Positions 48,096 through 58,877 of a DNA stretch of 64,000 bases are shown piece by piece. Source of the stretch: Lophium mytilinum. Taxonomy: Eukaryota. Numbering within the stretch: position 1 is the stretch's first letter; every line of letters begins with the position of its first letter. The notes below the pieces were generated by a model. That model searched no databases. It was not told where the DNA came from and saw only the letters and a program-made list of their open reading frames with translations. Made by a program: the position numbers and the translations under genes. Where the stretch lies: positions 1,778,616-1,842,615 of the forward strand of contig MU004186.1 of the NCBI GenBank assembly GCA_010093605.1, in the 5' to 3' direction.

Positions 48096-49683
48096 TCAAA
48101 ATATCCTTTTGATGCTCGGCTTCACCCACCTCGCCTCCTCGCACTTATGCTCGCTCATCCACTTCATAATCTTCGCATTATCCCAGCCCGCATGAAAGAC
48201 CTTTTCCTCTTCGCTCCAATCTTCTTCGCCCTCAGGGTCTTTCCGTTGCCCGAGCCTGAATGACCGCACGAAGGTGCAGCGGTCGCGGCGGAAAGTATAC
48301 TGGAAGCAGCCGCCGTGCTTGCGGCACTCAGACGCGCAGGAATCGACGGATTTATGCGCAGGCGAGTCGTCAGGTTCTTGCCACCCGTCGAAGTCGGCGT
48401 TATCCCAGTTCTTGCGCGGTTCGAAAGTGCCGAGACCTATGTGTGTTGCGATGTCGGCGTGGAGTATAGGGCGCTGTGGATTGTCAGCACTTCGACTTTG
48501 CCGCTTTGGTTCCGTATCGCCCTATCTGCGCACTTACACTTTCGTTCCACCGCATCGTCCACTCCCAAAACGGCCCCATCTCTTCCACCAGAGTCTTGTG
48601 CATACTAATAATAGGCTGACACCAAAACTTCTCCGAAAAGGGAATCCCACGTAACGGATGCGGGTTGAACATCGGAAATAGCCCACTCAGCGGGACTCCG
48701 TGCTCCCACAGCGCCCACCCGAGCATCGAATCCCCACAGCACTCCCCCCTCAACTCCCGCTCATATTGCGCGTTGATCCCTGGTTTGACTAACTCTCCAT
48801 ACACCCCCGTCTCCCGATCTAGCAGCTTATCGACGGCGGCGGCAGAAATTACAAACCCGGCCCCACCGTATGCAAACCAAGTTTTTGGTAAGTCACGAGG
48901 CGTGCGACCAGGCGAGGGCGACCCGAAGTATAGAGGGACGCTAGGATCGAAGCGGTCGAGGAGTTGGAAGAGGTTGTCCCATACTATAAAGGTATCTGAC
49001 TCTAGGAATACATACCATTTCGCGGTCGGGTTGGATGTGTGTGCGTATTCCACCATAGGTAGAAACTTATATTTGTCCAGCCGCCACCCATCCTTTCCAT
49101 CAAAGTCTCCGTTCTTAAATCGCTCTTTTTGCGCGTGGTAGAGGTCAAAATCGGCGTTGTTGTGTTGGAGGGAGGGGGGCAGGTCGGCGAGCACGTCGAA
49201 CGCAAGGCGAAAGTCAACCATGGAGTCCATGTCGGAGGCGAGGAGCAGATTTGGGATGCATTTCGAGACGGACGCAAGCTGGGCGGTAAGGCGGGCAGAG
49301 GGCTCGCTAGCGCCTATTTTGAGGGTGACTTGGATGCTGGAGAGAAGGTCGGTTGGGAAGGGGGCGCATATGTCGTCCGTGGGGTTGGTGGAGGATTGTA
49401 TTGGAGAAGAGCGGTGGAAGCGGGGGGCGGGTGCCCAGGTCCAGAAGTCGACGTCATCGTCAGTGGACTCGGTTTTGGGAGGTTCTGGGGAAAGAGGCGG
49501 TGGAGTTTGAGGTTCTGGGTTGGGCGGGGACAAATCCGGAGGGGGTTCTTCGACGGGGTTTTTGGTGAAGAAATTTGGTGGATGAAACCAGGGCGATTGA
49601 CTGAGGACGATGAGAGAGGTGAGGAAGACGAGGATAGCGGCGATGATGTAGAGGCCTCGCCCTCGAGAGTTTAAGGCCAGCAT
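48096..49683 (-). CDS. Glycosyltransferase family 31 (Fringe-like) type II membrane protein, 2 exons
   Basis: N-terminal TM plus Pro-rich stem; GWRLDKYKFLPM, AKWYVFLESDTFIVWDNL, PLYFGSP, FAYGGAGFVIS, CCGDSMLG, WCQPIISMHK; second exon ends ...KPSIKRIF* at 48096. Confidence 0.88.
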
Positions 49684-50155
49684 GCCACTTGATGAGACGA
49701 AGCAGACCAGAAGGAAAAGGAAGGGAGGAAGAGGAAGAACTGGGCGACAGAGACAAAGAAATGCTTAATTTTTGGGGGCAGGTACGACCAATTGCATACT
49801 CTATACCGTTCCTGAGCTTCCTGTGCCGCATGTCTATTCTGGGTGTGTGGGTGTTCCGTACATTGGTGCAGCCTTGCCAAAAACAAGGAATTCCATCCTA
49901 AGGAATGGTGACCTGCTGGCTTCGTCACAGCTGCGGCCCGTTTTGATAGGTGCTGCCTTGATAACCGGGCTGGCTCTGGTTAGCAGCGCGTTACAAGATA
50001 GCGGCGCAGCAGAAGGATTTTGGGGGCGGACAACTGGCATTACTTTTCACGTGTCGTCACCGAGTCGCTTATCTTTGACGCTGAACGAAGCGCGAGGCTG
50101 ACACGCTAAGGGCCGGCTAGATCGGAAATTTTTGGGACCGAGTCGAATCAACGCT

Positions 50156-50310
50156 CCAGACCACGCTGTCCCCCGATTGAAAGAAGTGGCAGTCTAGACC
50201 ACGTTGTCTCTTGGATTAAAAGAAGTGGCAGTCTGGAACACGCTGTCTCCTGGATACAAACAAGTGTCAGTCTAGGACGCGCTGTCTCTTGCATAAAAAC
50301 AAGTGGTAGT
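50156..50310 (+). repeat. Degenerate tandem repeat, 4 copies of 38-39 bp, intergenic
   Basis: Units CCAGACCACGCTGTCCCCCGATTGAAAGAAGTGGCAGT / CTAGACCACGTTGTCTCTTGGATTAAAAGAAGTGGCAGT / CTGGAACACGCTGTCTCCTGGATACAAACAAGTGTCAGT / CTAGGACGCGCTGTCTCTTGCATAAAAACAAGTGGTAGT. Confidence 0.9.
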
Positions 50311-50942
50311 TCACAGATCTGTGATATTGCTCTGTAGTCTTATTCATTGGCAACACACTACCTCTAAGCTTTTGTATAGTTGCTAGTACCGCTTAAAGCT
50401 CTCTACCAAGTTTTTAAGGAAATGTGAAACAGGCATTTTGGTAAGGCTGATTGCTTTCCGGGGCACTTCAGATACTGCCACTTTTTACGTTTAATGGAGC
50501 CTGTCCGCGACGAGCAAATCACGTGAATTGTGAATTTCCAGTCTGCCCGATCGGGACTGTGGCGCTTTTCTAGGCCCATGGATCGCCAGCATGCTATCCC
50601 ATCTTTGAACCGCTCTATTCCTGTTCCTGTCGAAACGCCGTGATAGCTTCGGCAGCATCGTGGCGCTTGTACCTTTTGTATATGTGGCGCTCAAAGGCCT
50701 CGCTGAAGGGAGTCGAGGCTTCAAATCTAGGACGCGGGACGCGCAAGGCTGCCCCTCGGATGGTCTAGCTGCCGTGAAGATGGCTCCTTTTTGCGATTCA
50801 ATAGAGTCATGAGGGAGTATATAGCTTTGCGGTGTCGGCGCCGCGAAGATGTTCTTGAGGTATCTCAAGTCTGTCGCTCTTTTGCAGTTCCGTCGGATCT
50901 ATTCACTGTTTTTTTTTCGCGTCTGTCGTCTCGTTCGCCGTA

Positions 50943-52241
50943 ATGCGTCCTTTCCACTTTTTGATACCCTTTTTGTGCGTTGCATATGCCGCGCCGACTA
51001 CCACCGCGCCGTGTACCTGTAAGAGCCTGGCGACTTCGCTTGGCAAGACGAGCACGCGGACCGTGACTGGGTCGGCGTCGTGTACGGGCTTGAAGCTCAA
51101 GCCGACCTGTCCAACTTCGACCGTAAAGACCTCCTCAACCAAAAAGTCATCGTCTTCGACTAAAATAAGTTCCACCACCAAAAAGACCAGCTCCACAAGC
51201 ACCAAGACATCCACTTCTTCAGTGAAGACATCCACATCTTCGGCCAAGACATCCAGCTCTTCAGTCAAGACGTCCACCTCGTCAATTAAAATTTCTACCT
51301 CCACGTCGAAGCCCGTAACGTCCTCCTCTTCTGTGAAGACAGTTGCCTCGTCGACCCTCTCAACGACAACTCTCAAGACCTCTTCCACCTCTTCTGTCAA
51401 GCCATCCACATCCACATCGGCCACGACACTCCGAACCTCCACTACCTCGTCCTCGCCGTCGTCCTCTTCCACTTGCGTCCCAACTCCCACCGGCAGCGCC
51501 GGCAAGCGTGGCCTGAGCTACAACGACGCCACCCTGACTCAACTCTTCTCGCTATCTTGCGGAAGTAAAGCCTCCAAAGTCAACTGGGCCTACAACTGGT
51601 GGAGCGGCTACTATGCCTCCGGGACACCCCAAAGCGGTCTCAGCACCGTGGTGACCTACATCCCCATGCTGTGGTCCGCCGCGTCCGACCTAACCAGCAT
51701 CTGGAACACCAACGTCCAAACCGCCATCGCTGCTGGAACTGACGCTGTGCTCGCCTTCAACGAGCCCGACGGTTGCAGCGACGGTGGATCGTGCATGGAC
51801 ATCCCATCTGCAGTCGCCGGGTACAAACAATGGTTGAACCCGCTCGCAGGCCAAGTCCGACTAGGCGCACCAGCCATCACAAACGGCGGATCGCCGATGG
51901 GACTGACGTATCTCTCGAACTTCCTCGGTAACTGCACTAGCTGTCAAGTGGACTTCATCCCAATACATTGGTACAGCGACGCATCGCAGATCGCGGACTT
52001 CAAGTCGCAGGTGCAGAACGCGTACTCGATTGGAGGAGGGCGGCCGCTGTGGATTACCGAGTTTGGGTGCACGAGCGGGACAGAGGCGCAGATTGAGACG
52101 TTCATGAAGGCGGCGCTGACGTGGTTGGATGGGTTATCGTATGTGGAGAGGTATGCTTGGTTCATGGATGGGCCGGGGTATTTGGTGAACTCGAATGGGT
52201 CGGGACTGAGTCCGCTGGGCTTGATATATGATACGTATTAG
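50943..52241 (+). CDS. Secreted glycoside hydrolase family 128 (Asl1-like beta-1,3-glucanase) with Ser/Thr/Lys-rich linker
   Basis: Signal peptide; KRGLSYN, WAYNW, YIPMLW, LAFNEPD, DFIPIHWY, PLWITEFG, YVERYAWF (the two catalytic Glu motifs are present). Confidence 0.9.
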   Translation: MRPFHFLIPFLCVAYAAPTTTAPCTCKSLATSLGKTSTRTVTGSASCTGLKLKPTCPTSTVKTSSTKKSSSSTKISSTTKKTSSTSTKTSTSSVKTSTSSAKTSSSSVKTSTSSIKISTSTSKPVTSSSSVKTVASSTLSTTTLKTSSTSSVKPSTSTSATTLRTSTTSSSPSSSSTCVPTPTGSAGKRGLSYNDATLTQLFSLSCGSKASKVNWAYNWWSGYYASGTPQSGLSTVVTYIPMLWSAASDLTSIWNTNVQTAIAAGTDAVLAFNEPDGCSDGGSCMDIPSAVAGYKQWLNPLAGQVRLGAPAITNGGSPMGLTYLSNFLGNCTSCQVDFIPIHWYSDASQIADFKSQVQNAYSIGGGRPLWITEFGCTSGTEAQIETFMKAALTWLDGLSYVERYAWFMDGPGYLVNSNGSGLSPLGLIYDTY

Positions 52242-53724
52242 CGAGTTGAGGCTGATTAGGGGCCATGAAAATAATGAGACTCGAATGGAGATGTTCTGGT
52301 GATACGCTATAAGTCTGGACACAGATGCCACTGATTGAATGCTACTGTTGGAGGATACTTGCCACTGTTACAAGCTGCCTTGTTGCCAGGACGTCCAATA
52401 GTCAATAAGGTGCTCAGAATTCACAGTACAAAATTTGCTATTGCCCCTGTGACTTAAAAACCATATGGAGCTACCCTAAGCAGTGGCAGACGCATGTGCA
52501 CAGATCTATCTCCTAACACTATACTTGCCTAAAATGCTGCGCTATGAAAGACAAGGTCATTTCGCAAGGAAGCATATGACTATGTCTTAGATACCACCAT
52601 ACGGTGTTGGTTATGCTTACTTAGCACGATTATGGAGAGTAGCCCAGCTAGTAGATATGCAAGCTGTAAAACGTAACCTACTTTCCACTGCATCGACCTT
52701 TTGCGTCGTCATTGGAGTTTGAAAAGTGAGTAGTAGAACCCCGAGTGGTGAAAAAAGTGCACAAACGCATGCCCCTGTCAAGTAAGAAAACTGTAACACT
52801 GCCTTGGAGCTTTAATTGAATATGCAGGCTGAGTATGCTAGCCACAATCATATAGCATGGTGGCAGCTGGGTGAGAAACAGCAAGCGATGTCTTACGTCG
52901 CCGAAGTTGATGGGGACTCCGTACTCGGGCCTTCTCAATCTCCTTGTAGCATTGCTGCGGAGGTTTGCTGCGGCTACACCAAGAAGTCGCCAGGGATCGT
53001 TGTTGGTGGTAAGATGCATTTACCTGTGCGAGAGAGATGAAAGGACGGACGAAAACTAGAGTCCCCACATCAACCCAACTGTTGGTGGCCTGTGCGTTGG
53101 CGCTTGATCTTTCCTGCCATCGATGACTGAGCTTTCAGATTCATCCAAGGTCATGATAGCCGTTAAAGACAGAGCATGTTGCGCAGCGTGCATCTCCCGT
53201 ATCAACACCAGGGCAATCGTAGCTTCGCCGACTACTTCCAGCTTCCTTGACCGCGCCGAGCCGCGTCAGGCGATGGCTGAGGCATGAGCTGAAGGATGCT
53301 TACCCGGAGCCCTTGGCAGCTTCGCTTGGCCTCTTCCAAGGTTTCTTCTCTCTCTATCCTCAGGCCAGAGCATGTAGATGCGGTGTAGATGTTGGCTTGG
53401 CACAGTTCAGCTGCTGCGCCGGGCAGCTCTGACAGCCACAATGCCCTGCCTCGCCGACGTTTTCTGCCCCCCATCTAGTTCCCTTGCAGGGCTCGAAGCG
53501 GCCTTTCCGTAACGCCCTATGAGTAGATCTTTTCCTTTTTACAGCCTCTAGTTTGTTCTAATTCAAGCTAAATTTCCTTATACTCTCAATTTCACAATCT
53601 CGTAGCACTCTAGTCGCGAGCTTTTGATCATATCATCAAATACATCATTTGTTAGCAGTTCCTTCGCTTCCACACCAACCTGGTTATGCTCGAGAGAATA
53701 TAGTGGTGATTTCATTGTTGGATC

Positions 53725-56013
53725 ATGTCAAGCAGATCACCACCCCCTCTGCCAGGGCGACTCTCACCACGATACGGCGGCTATAGCTCTTTAGCTGGAC
53801 CTCATACACTCCGGCCACATGGGGCCCCGGATCCGAAGGGCGAGCGAGACTATGGCCTAGGAATAGTGCCGTCTCCAGAGTCGACATTTGCGTATTCTCC
53901 AGGGTTGTCTTCTCCAGGCGTGTCTTCACCTGGGATGTCGAGCATTTACAAGGAACCAGGACGTCGATCGAGGCTCCCTTCATGGTTTCCTCACACTATA
54001 CCTCTTCCTCGTTCCCCGCGGTCTTTTACAAAGGATGATAGCGTGGACTCCTTCCAGATGACGTCCCGCATATCGACCTTGGATCCAAGCCTTCAAGCTC
54101 TGGTTCCACGGTCGACAGGTCGACCTCAATGGGGACTTCATTGGTGGACTCCTACCTGTATCGTCGGATTATTTCTACTTGGCGTGATAGGCGCATTAGC
54201 ACATCATCAATTCTACAAGTCTCTGCAAGGGAAGGAAGCACTCAACCAAGTTCGTCAGATTCAGTACGGAACAGCCCTCGCCTTCTTCACTAGAGCTACA
54301 CTGGTCGGAAGCGTTGTGCTATGCTACAAGCAGAGGATATGGTACACCTTTCGACAAAAGGCACTGAGCTTGAAAGCAATCGAGGCTTCGATTGAAGTCA
54401 CTGAGGATCCCACGATGTTCTGGAACTGGGAAATGATCAAACGATCCAAACTATCGACCTCAATGGCCGTTGTGTCCTGGTTAATGCCTATTGCGGCTGT
54501 ACTATCGCCCGGGACTCTAAGCACCCATGCGGCGGTCTTGAGTAACTCCACGATGTGCACTGCGCCTACTCTCAACTTCACCGAAGAAGCCTACGACAAT
54601 TTTCGGAATCCAAAGATAATCGATGGGTCATATGGAATCTCGCTCTCCTACTGGAACACGACTGACATCAATGCCACTGCACCCGGCTGGTTCGATTACT
54701 GGGATCGACCCTCAAAAAACGCAGTCAGGCTCTCCGTCATGAGTGTCTACACCAACAAACCCGTCGAGATCAAGGGTGGAGATGCGAAGGCATGTGGCGC
54801 GGGATGGAACTGCACTTATTCTATCTCCTTCGTTGGTCCAGGGTACCAGTGTAACGAGATAGCCAATGCGTCCTCCGATAGAGCCCTGCAGTCTGGGTCT
54901 CCATTCAACCTGTCAACTCTAGCCCCAAGTGGAAATAAGATCTACATTGCTGATGTTGACGCTGCTGAATACGACAACCCTCAGCTTCTGACCGATAGTA
55001 AAGGCCAGCCGATCGAGGGGCCTCCGTGGCCAGCTGAGCTTGGCGCATTGAAAGCTGAACCGAAGCTTTGGATTGGCTATTCCGTCAATACCACCGAGCC
55101 TTACGCCGCGGATTCGCCTTTCGCAGGCAAATGGAAAACAGTGAAAGTTCCAAGGATCTTCGCTTGCGAGCATTACGAAACTCAGTACACTGTTCACTTT
55201 AATTATACCGGAGGCAACCAAGCTACAACGGTTACAAGTAGAACCTTTCTCAACCCGATCATCGACACATCGATCCGAGCGACTAAATCTATGAACGGTA
55301 CATCACAATCCTTCGAGATTACCCCGCCGTCAAACTTCATCCTCCCTGGCCCTGATGTCCCTCGGTACAAGTTGATCGCTGCGTACCACTCTATTGGTTA
55401 TCTCTTCCGAAACTGGCTGCGTGGTACCGTCGAGATAGAGGGGAAATGGCCTCGAACCCTCTCCGATGTGACCGAAACCCGGCTTGTGAACCGAAAGACG
55501 ATCTGGCCTCTTCAGGATTTGGAAACTCAAGTCCAGTCTTTGTATGAAGATCTGCTTCTCACGCTACTATCAGACACCTCGTTGCTTATCGTCGCAAACA
55601 ATACGGTTCCATGCACCAGGTCACGATTTATAAACGAATTCATGTACGAAGCCCGGTCGCTCTGGATTGGGTACGCTATAATCATAGTGTTGGCCTTCAT
55701 TTGCCTCCTCGTTGGCTTCATTTCGATGATCGAGAATGGAGTAGTGTCCGGGACCGGCTTTGTGCATACGATGGTCACAACTCGCAACCCTGTTCTCGAC
55801 GCTCTTGGATATGGGAGTTGCTTAGGGAATGGCCCCTTCCCAAGAGACTTGCTGAAGACGAAACTCAAATTTGGGGTCGTGAATGATAGTGGCGTGGAAG
55901 ATGGCCTAGCGCATTGCGCATTTGGGCTCGAGTCGCAGACTGGGAAGATAGTTAAAGGAATGCCATATGCCGGGCTACAACCTACGAGTCGAAGTAAAGA
56001 GAAAGTCGACTGA
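53725..56013 (+). CDS. Fungal multi-pass membrane protein of unknown function (family often mislabelled 'formylmethionine deformylase-like')
   Basis: 762-aa single-exon ORF; ALAHHQFYKSLQG, YGTALAFF, YKQRIW, N-glycosylation-rich middle with CTYSISFVGPGYQC, LWIGYAI, TTRNP and KLKFG. Confidence 0.75.
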   Translation: MSSRSPPPLPGRLSPRYGGYSSLAGPHTLRPHGAPDPKGERDYGLGIVPSPESTFAYSPGLSSPGVSSPGMSSIYKEPGRRSRLPSWFPHTIPLPRSPRSFTKDDSVDSFQMTSRISTLDPSLQALVPRSTGRPQWGLHWWTPTCIVGLFLLGVIGALAHHQFYKSLQGKEALNQVRQIQYGTALAFFTRATLVGSVVLCYKQRIWYTFRQKALSLKAIEASIEVTEDPTMFWNWEMIKRSKLSTSMAVVSWLMPIAAVLSPGTLSTHAAVLSNSTMCTAPTLNFTEEAYDNFRNPKIIDGSYGISLSYWNTTDINATAPGWFDYWDRPSKNAVRLSVMSVYTNKPVEIKGGDAKACGAGWNCTYSISFVGPGYQCNEIANASSDRALQSGSPFNLSTLAPSGNKIYIADVDAAEYDNPQLLTDSKGQPIEGPPWPAELGALKAEPKLWIGYSVNTTEPYAADSPFAGKWKTVKVPRIFACEHYETQYTVHFNYTGGNQATTVTSRTFLNPIIDTSIRATKSMNGTSQSFEITPPSNFILPGPDVPRYKLIAAYHSIGYLFRNWLRGTVEIEGKWPRTLSDVTETRLVNRKTIWPLQDLETQVQSLYEDLLLTLLSDTSLLIVANNTVPCTRSRFINEFMYEARSLWIGYAIIIVLAFICLLVGFISMIENGVVSGTGFVHTMVTTRNPVLDALGYGSCLGNGPFPRDLLKTKLKFGVVNDSGVEDGLAHCAFGLESQTGKIVKGMPYAGLQPTSRSKEKVD

Positions 56014-56392
56014 GTTAAGCGTTCTCTCCTATATGTATATTTCTCTTTCAAATCTAACGATTACCCACGTGATCCATATTTAATAGGCTGGGACGTGATT
56101 GGCGATTAGGCGAAAGACCGGCTCTGCTTGGCCTACCAAATTCCAGGAAAGGCATTCCACAACTCCGCGGCGAAGGCTATTTCTGGCTTCGAGAGCCGCG
56201 CTATTGATTGAAGTCTACCGTATTTCGCACTTCGAAGTCATTCCACAGCCAAATATAGGGTTGTTCTCAACAACCTGCGGCCAAGATAGAACGATTACCG
56301 TTCCATCGAGTGGTGACCTCATGACTTGAACATAATCTCTAAATTCTCAAATTCTGCGTCTCATCTTTCCTTCGCCATACAGCACCTTAGAA

Positions 56393-58075
56393 ATGGAGAA
56401 GAAACGGATAGCTATTGTTGGTAGCGGCATCTCCGGGCTCGGCGCCCTATGGACGCTTCGAAACTCGCCCCACGAGGTGCATCTTTACGAGGCAGCAGAT
56501 CGTCTCGGTGGCCATACAAACACAGCTACCTTTAAGCATAATGGCAACAGCACCCCCGTAGACACGGGATTCATCGTCCTGAACACAGCCACATATCGTG
56601 AGTTCAACACTAGTCTTGGCGAAGATCACAAAGCCCCAGCGCAACTAACCACCCCCCAGCCAATTTCATCGCTTTCCTCAACGCGCTAAATGTCAAGACC
56701 ATCCCCTCGGAAATGACCTTCGGCGTCTCCCGCGACAATGGCGCCTTTGAGTGGTCCGGGACGTCTCTCAGCTCCGTCTTCGCGCAGCGCGAGAACGTCT
56801 TCCGCCCCAGCTTCTGGCGCATGATCTTCGACATTGTCCGTTTCAACGTCTTCGCGTTAGACCTGCTATCCAAACAGCAGAGTGGTGCTACGGACGCGCA
56901 GAAAGAGCAGACGATAGGCGAGTATCTCATGCAAGAGGGCTATTCGGACAGCTTCAGAGATGACTACATCATCCCTATGACCGCGTGCGTGTGGAGCACC
57001 GGCCCGGATAAGTGCGCGCTCGAGTTCCCTGCCATGACGCTGGTGAGATTCATGTGGAACCATCATTTGCTGAGTACGGTCGCTGAGCGGCCACCGTGGT
57101 TGACGATTGAAGGGGGTTCGCAGAAGTATATTGATGCTGTGCTGAAGGAAACCTCCAACGCTGCTATTCATCTGTCTTCACCCGCTCTTTCAGTCGAGAC
57201 TCAAGAAAACGACAAAGTACACCTAACGCTAGGCGGTGCTCAAGAAGGCAGGGTTGAGCTCTTCGACGAAGTCATCCTAGCCTGCCACGGCGACCAAGCC
57301 TACCGCCTACTCTCCGCATCAGCCACAGAAGAAGAATGCAGCATCCTCAGCGCATTCGAAACAACACCAAACACCGCTTACCTCCACTCAGACCTCTCTG
57401 TGCGTCCTGATCATCTCTTACTCTACACCGTCATCCCCCACTCTAACTCCCCCCTGCTCACTCCCTCACTAACACCACCCCCAGCTCATGCCCACCCGCC
57501 CCACCGCCTGGTCCGCCTGGAACTACCTCACCCTCTCCCGCCGCCCCACCACCGCCACCAACCCCTCCCCAACCCTCACCACCGTCTCCCTAACCTACAA
57601 CATGAACATCTTGCAAAACCTCCCCACCTCCCTCTACGGCGACGTCCTCGTCACACTAAACCCACCCCACGCGCCCGCCACCGCGCTCACCCAGGGAGCT
57701 TACGAGTACCGCCACCCGCTGTACAACGCACGAGCTGTACAGGCGCAGGAAGAGTTGCCGCGGATCCAGGGCACGCGGGGGGTGTGGTACGCGGGCGCGT
57801 GGACGGGGTACGGGTTCCACGAGGACGGGTTTAGCAGTGGGGTTCGAGCAGGGTTGGAGTTGGGGGGGAGTGTGCCGTGGGAGGTTGTGGATGCGAAGTT
57901 TGTGCGGGGGAGGGTGGCGGTGTTGGGGTGGAGGGATTATGTGGCTAGGTTCGTTGTTTGGGTGATACAGGTGCTTATTGGGGCTGTAGGGTGGGTGTTG
58001 GGGCAGGCGATGGAGAAGGTGGAGGCGGTGAAGAGGGGGCAAAAGGTTGGGGGGTTGAAGGAGAAGGGGATGTAG
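56393..58075 (+). CDS. FAD-dependent oxidoreductase, amine-oxidase fold (COG2907-like), 3 exons
   Basis: IAIVGSGISGL, YEAADRLGGHTNT, VDTGFIVLNTATY|PNF, SEMTFGVS, AYLHSD, WSAWNY, YEYRHP, GAWTGYGFHEDGFSSG; introns 56598-56659 and 57400-57484. Confidence 0.88.
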
Positions 58076-58877
58076 AGGGGTAAATGAGGAAGAGATTTAG
58101 AGCGAGAAGATAGTTTGTTTCGGAAAAGACTTTTGCTTTCATATCTCATATCGCGTATCGTGTGTCCCGTGCCAATACCGATACCTATCCATTCCAGCCA
58201 TTCTTTCCTTCAACCGGCGAATCTGTTCCTTTGCCGCGAACATCATAAAACAGACAACCACCCATACTCCTACTCCTGCTCATATAACTCCTCATTACCA
58301 CCTATAACTACCCTCAGATTGGCCCGATATCCTAGGGCCAGGGAAAATCGATAAAGGAAAGTTCGCCACCAATCCAAGCCCCCTTACATAGAATTCCGGA
58401 CATAATAGGCACAAGCTAGCTGACAGGATATGCGCACCTCATTATTAAACCGTTAAATGCTCATGGCTAAAAGATATAGATGTAGGGAAAAGGTATCTCA
58501 ACAGAAGGGGAAATGGACTATGCTCTTAGAATGGGAAACAAGAGAAAGATGATCTTCGTCGTAGCTGGGCGGCCAAACTTCGAACAAAGATCTGGTGTGG
58601 AGAAGGATCCCGTATGTAGGTCTCGGTCGGGTGCTCATTGGAACCTGATAGCTTCGGGGCCGGCTTGGCTGTGCCCGTAGTTGAACGAGAATGGGATCGT
58701 GGGCATGCGCGCTGCGTTATCCTACCCTGGTCAGAGGACGATTCCTCTTATCTGTGTTATGAGGGTGTAGAAAGAGGAAAGAGTGCCGAGACAAGAATGC
58801 GTAGAGTTCTAGACGTTATTGTCTAGGACATAACGATCTAATCTTGGCACCGTAAACGGATGAAGAACTTGGTAGCA

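Noticed and set aside
50156..50310. CRISPR interpretation of the 39-bp repeats
   Set aside because: Contiguous degenerate units without unique spacers, no cas genes, eukaryotic context.
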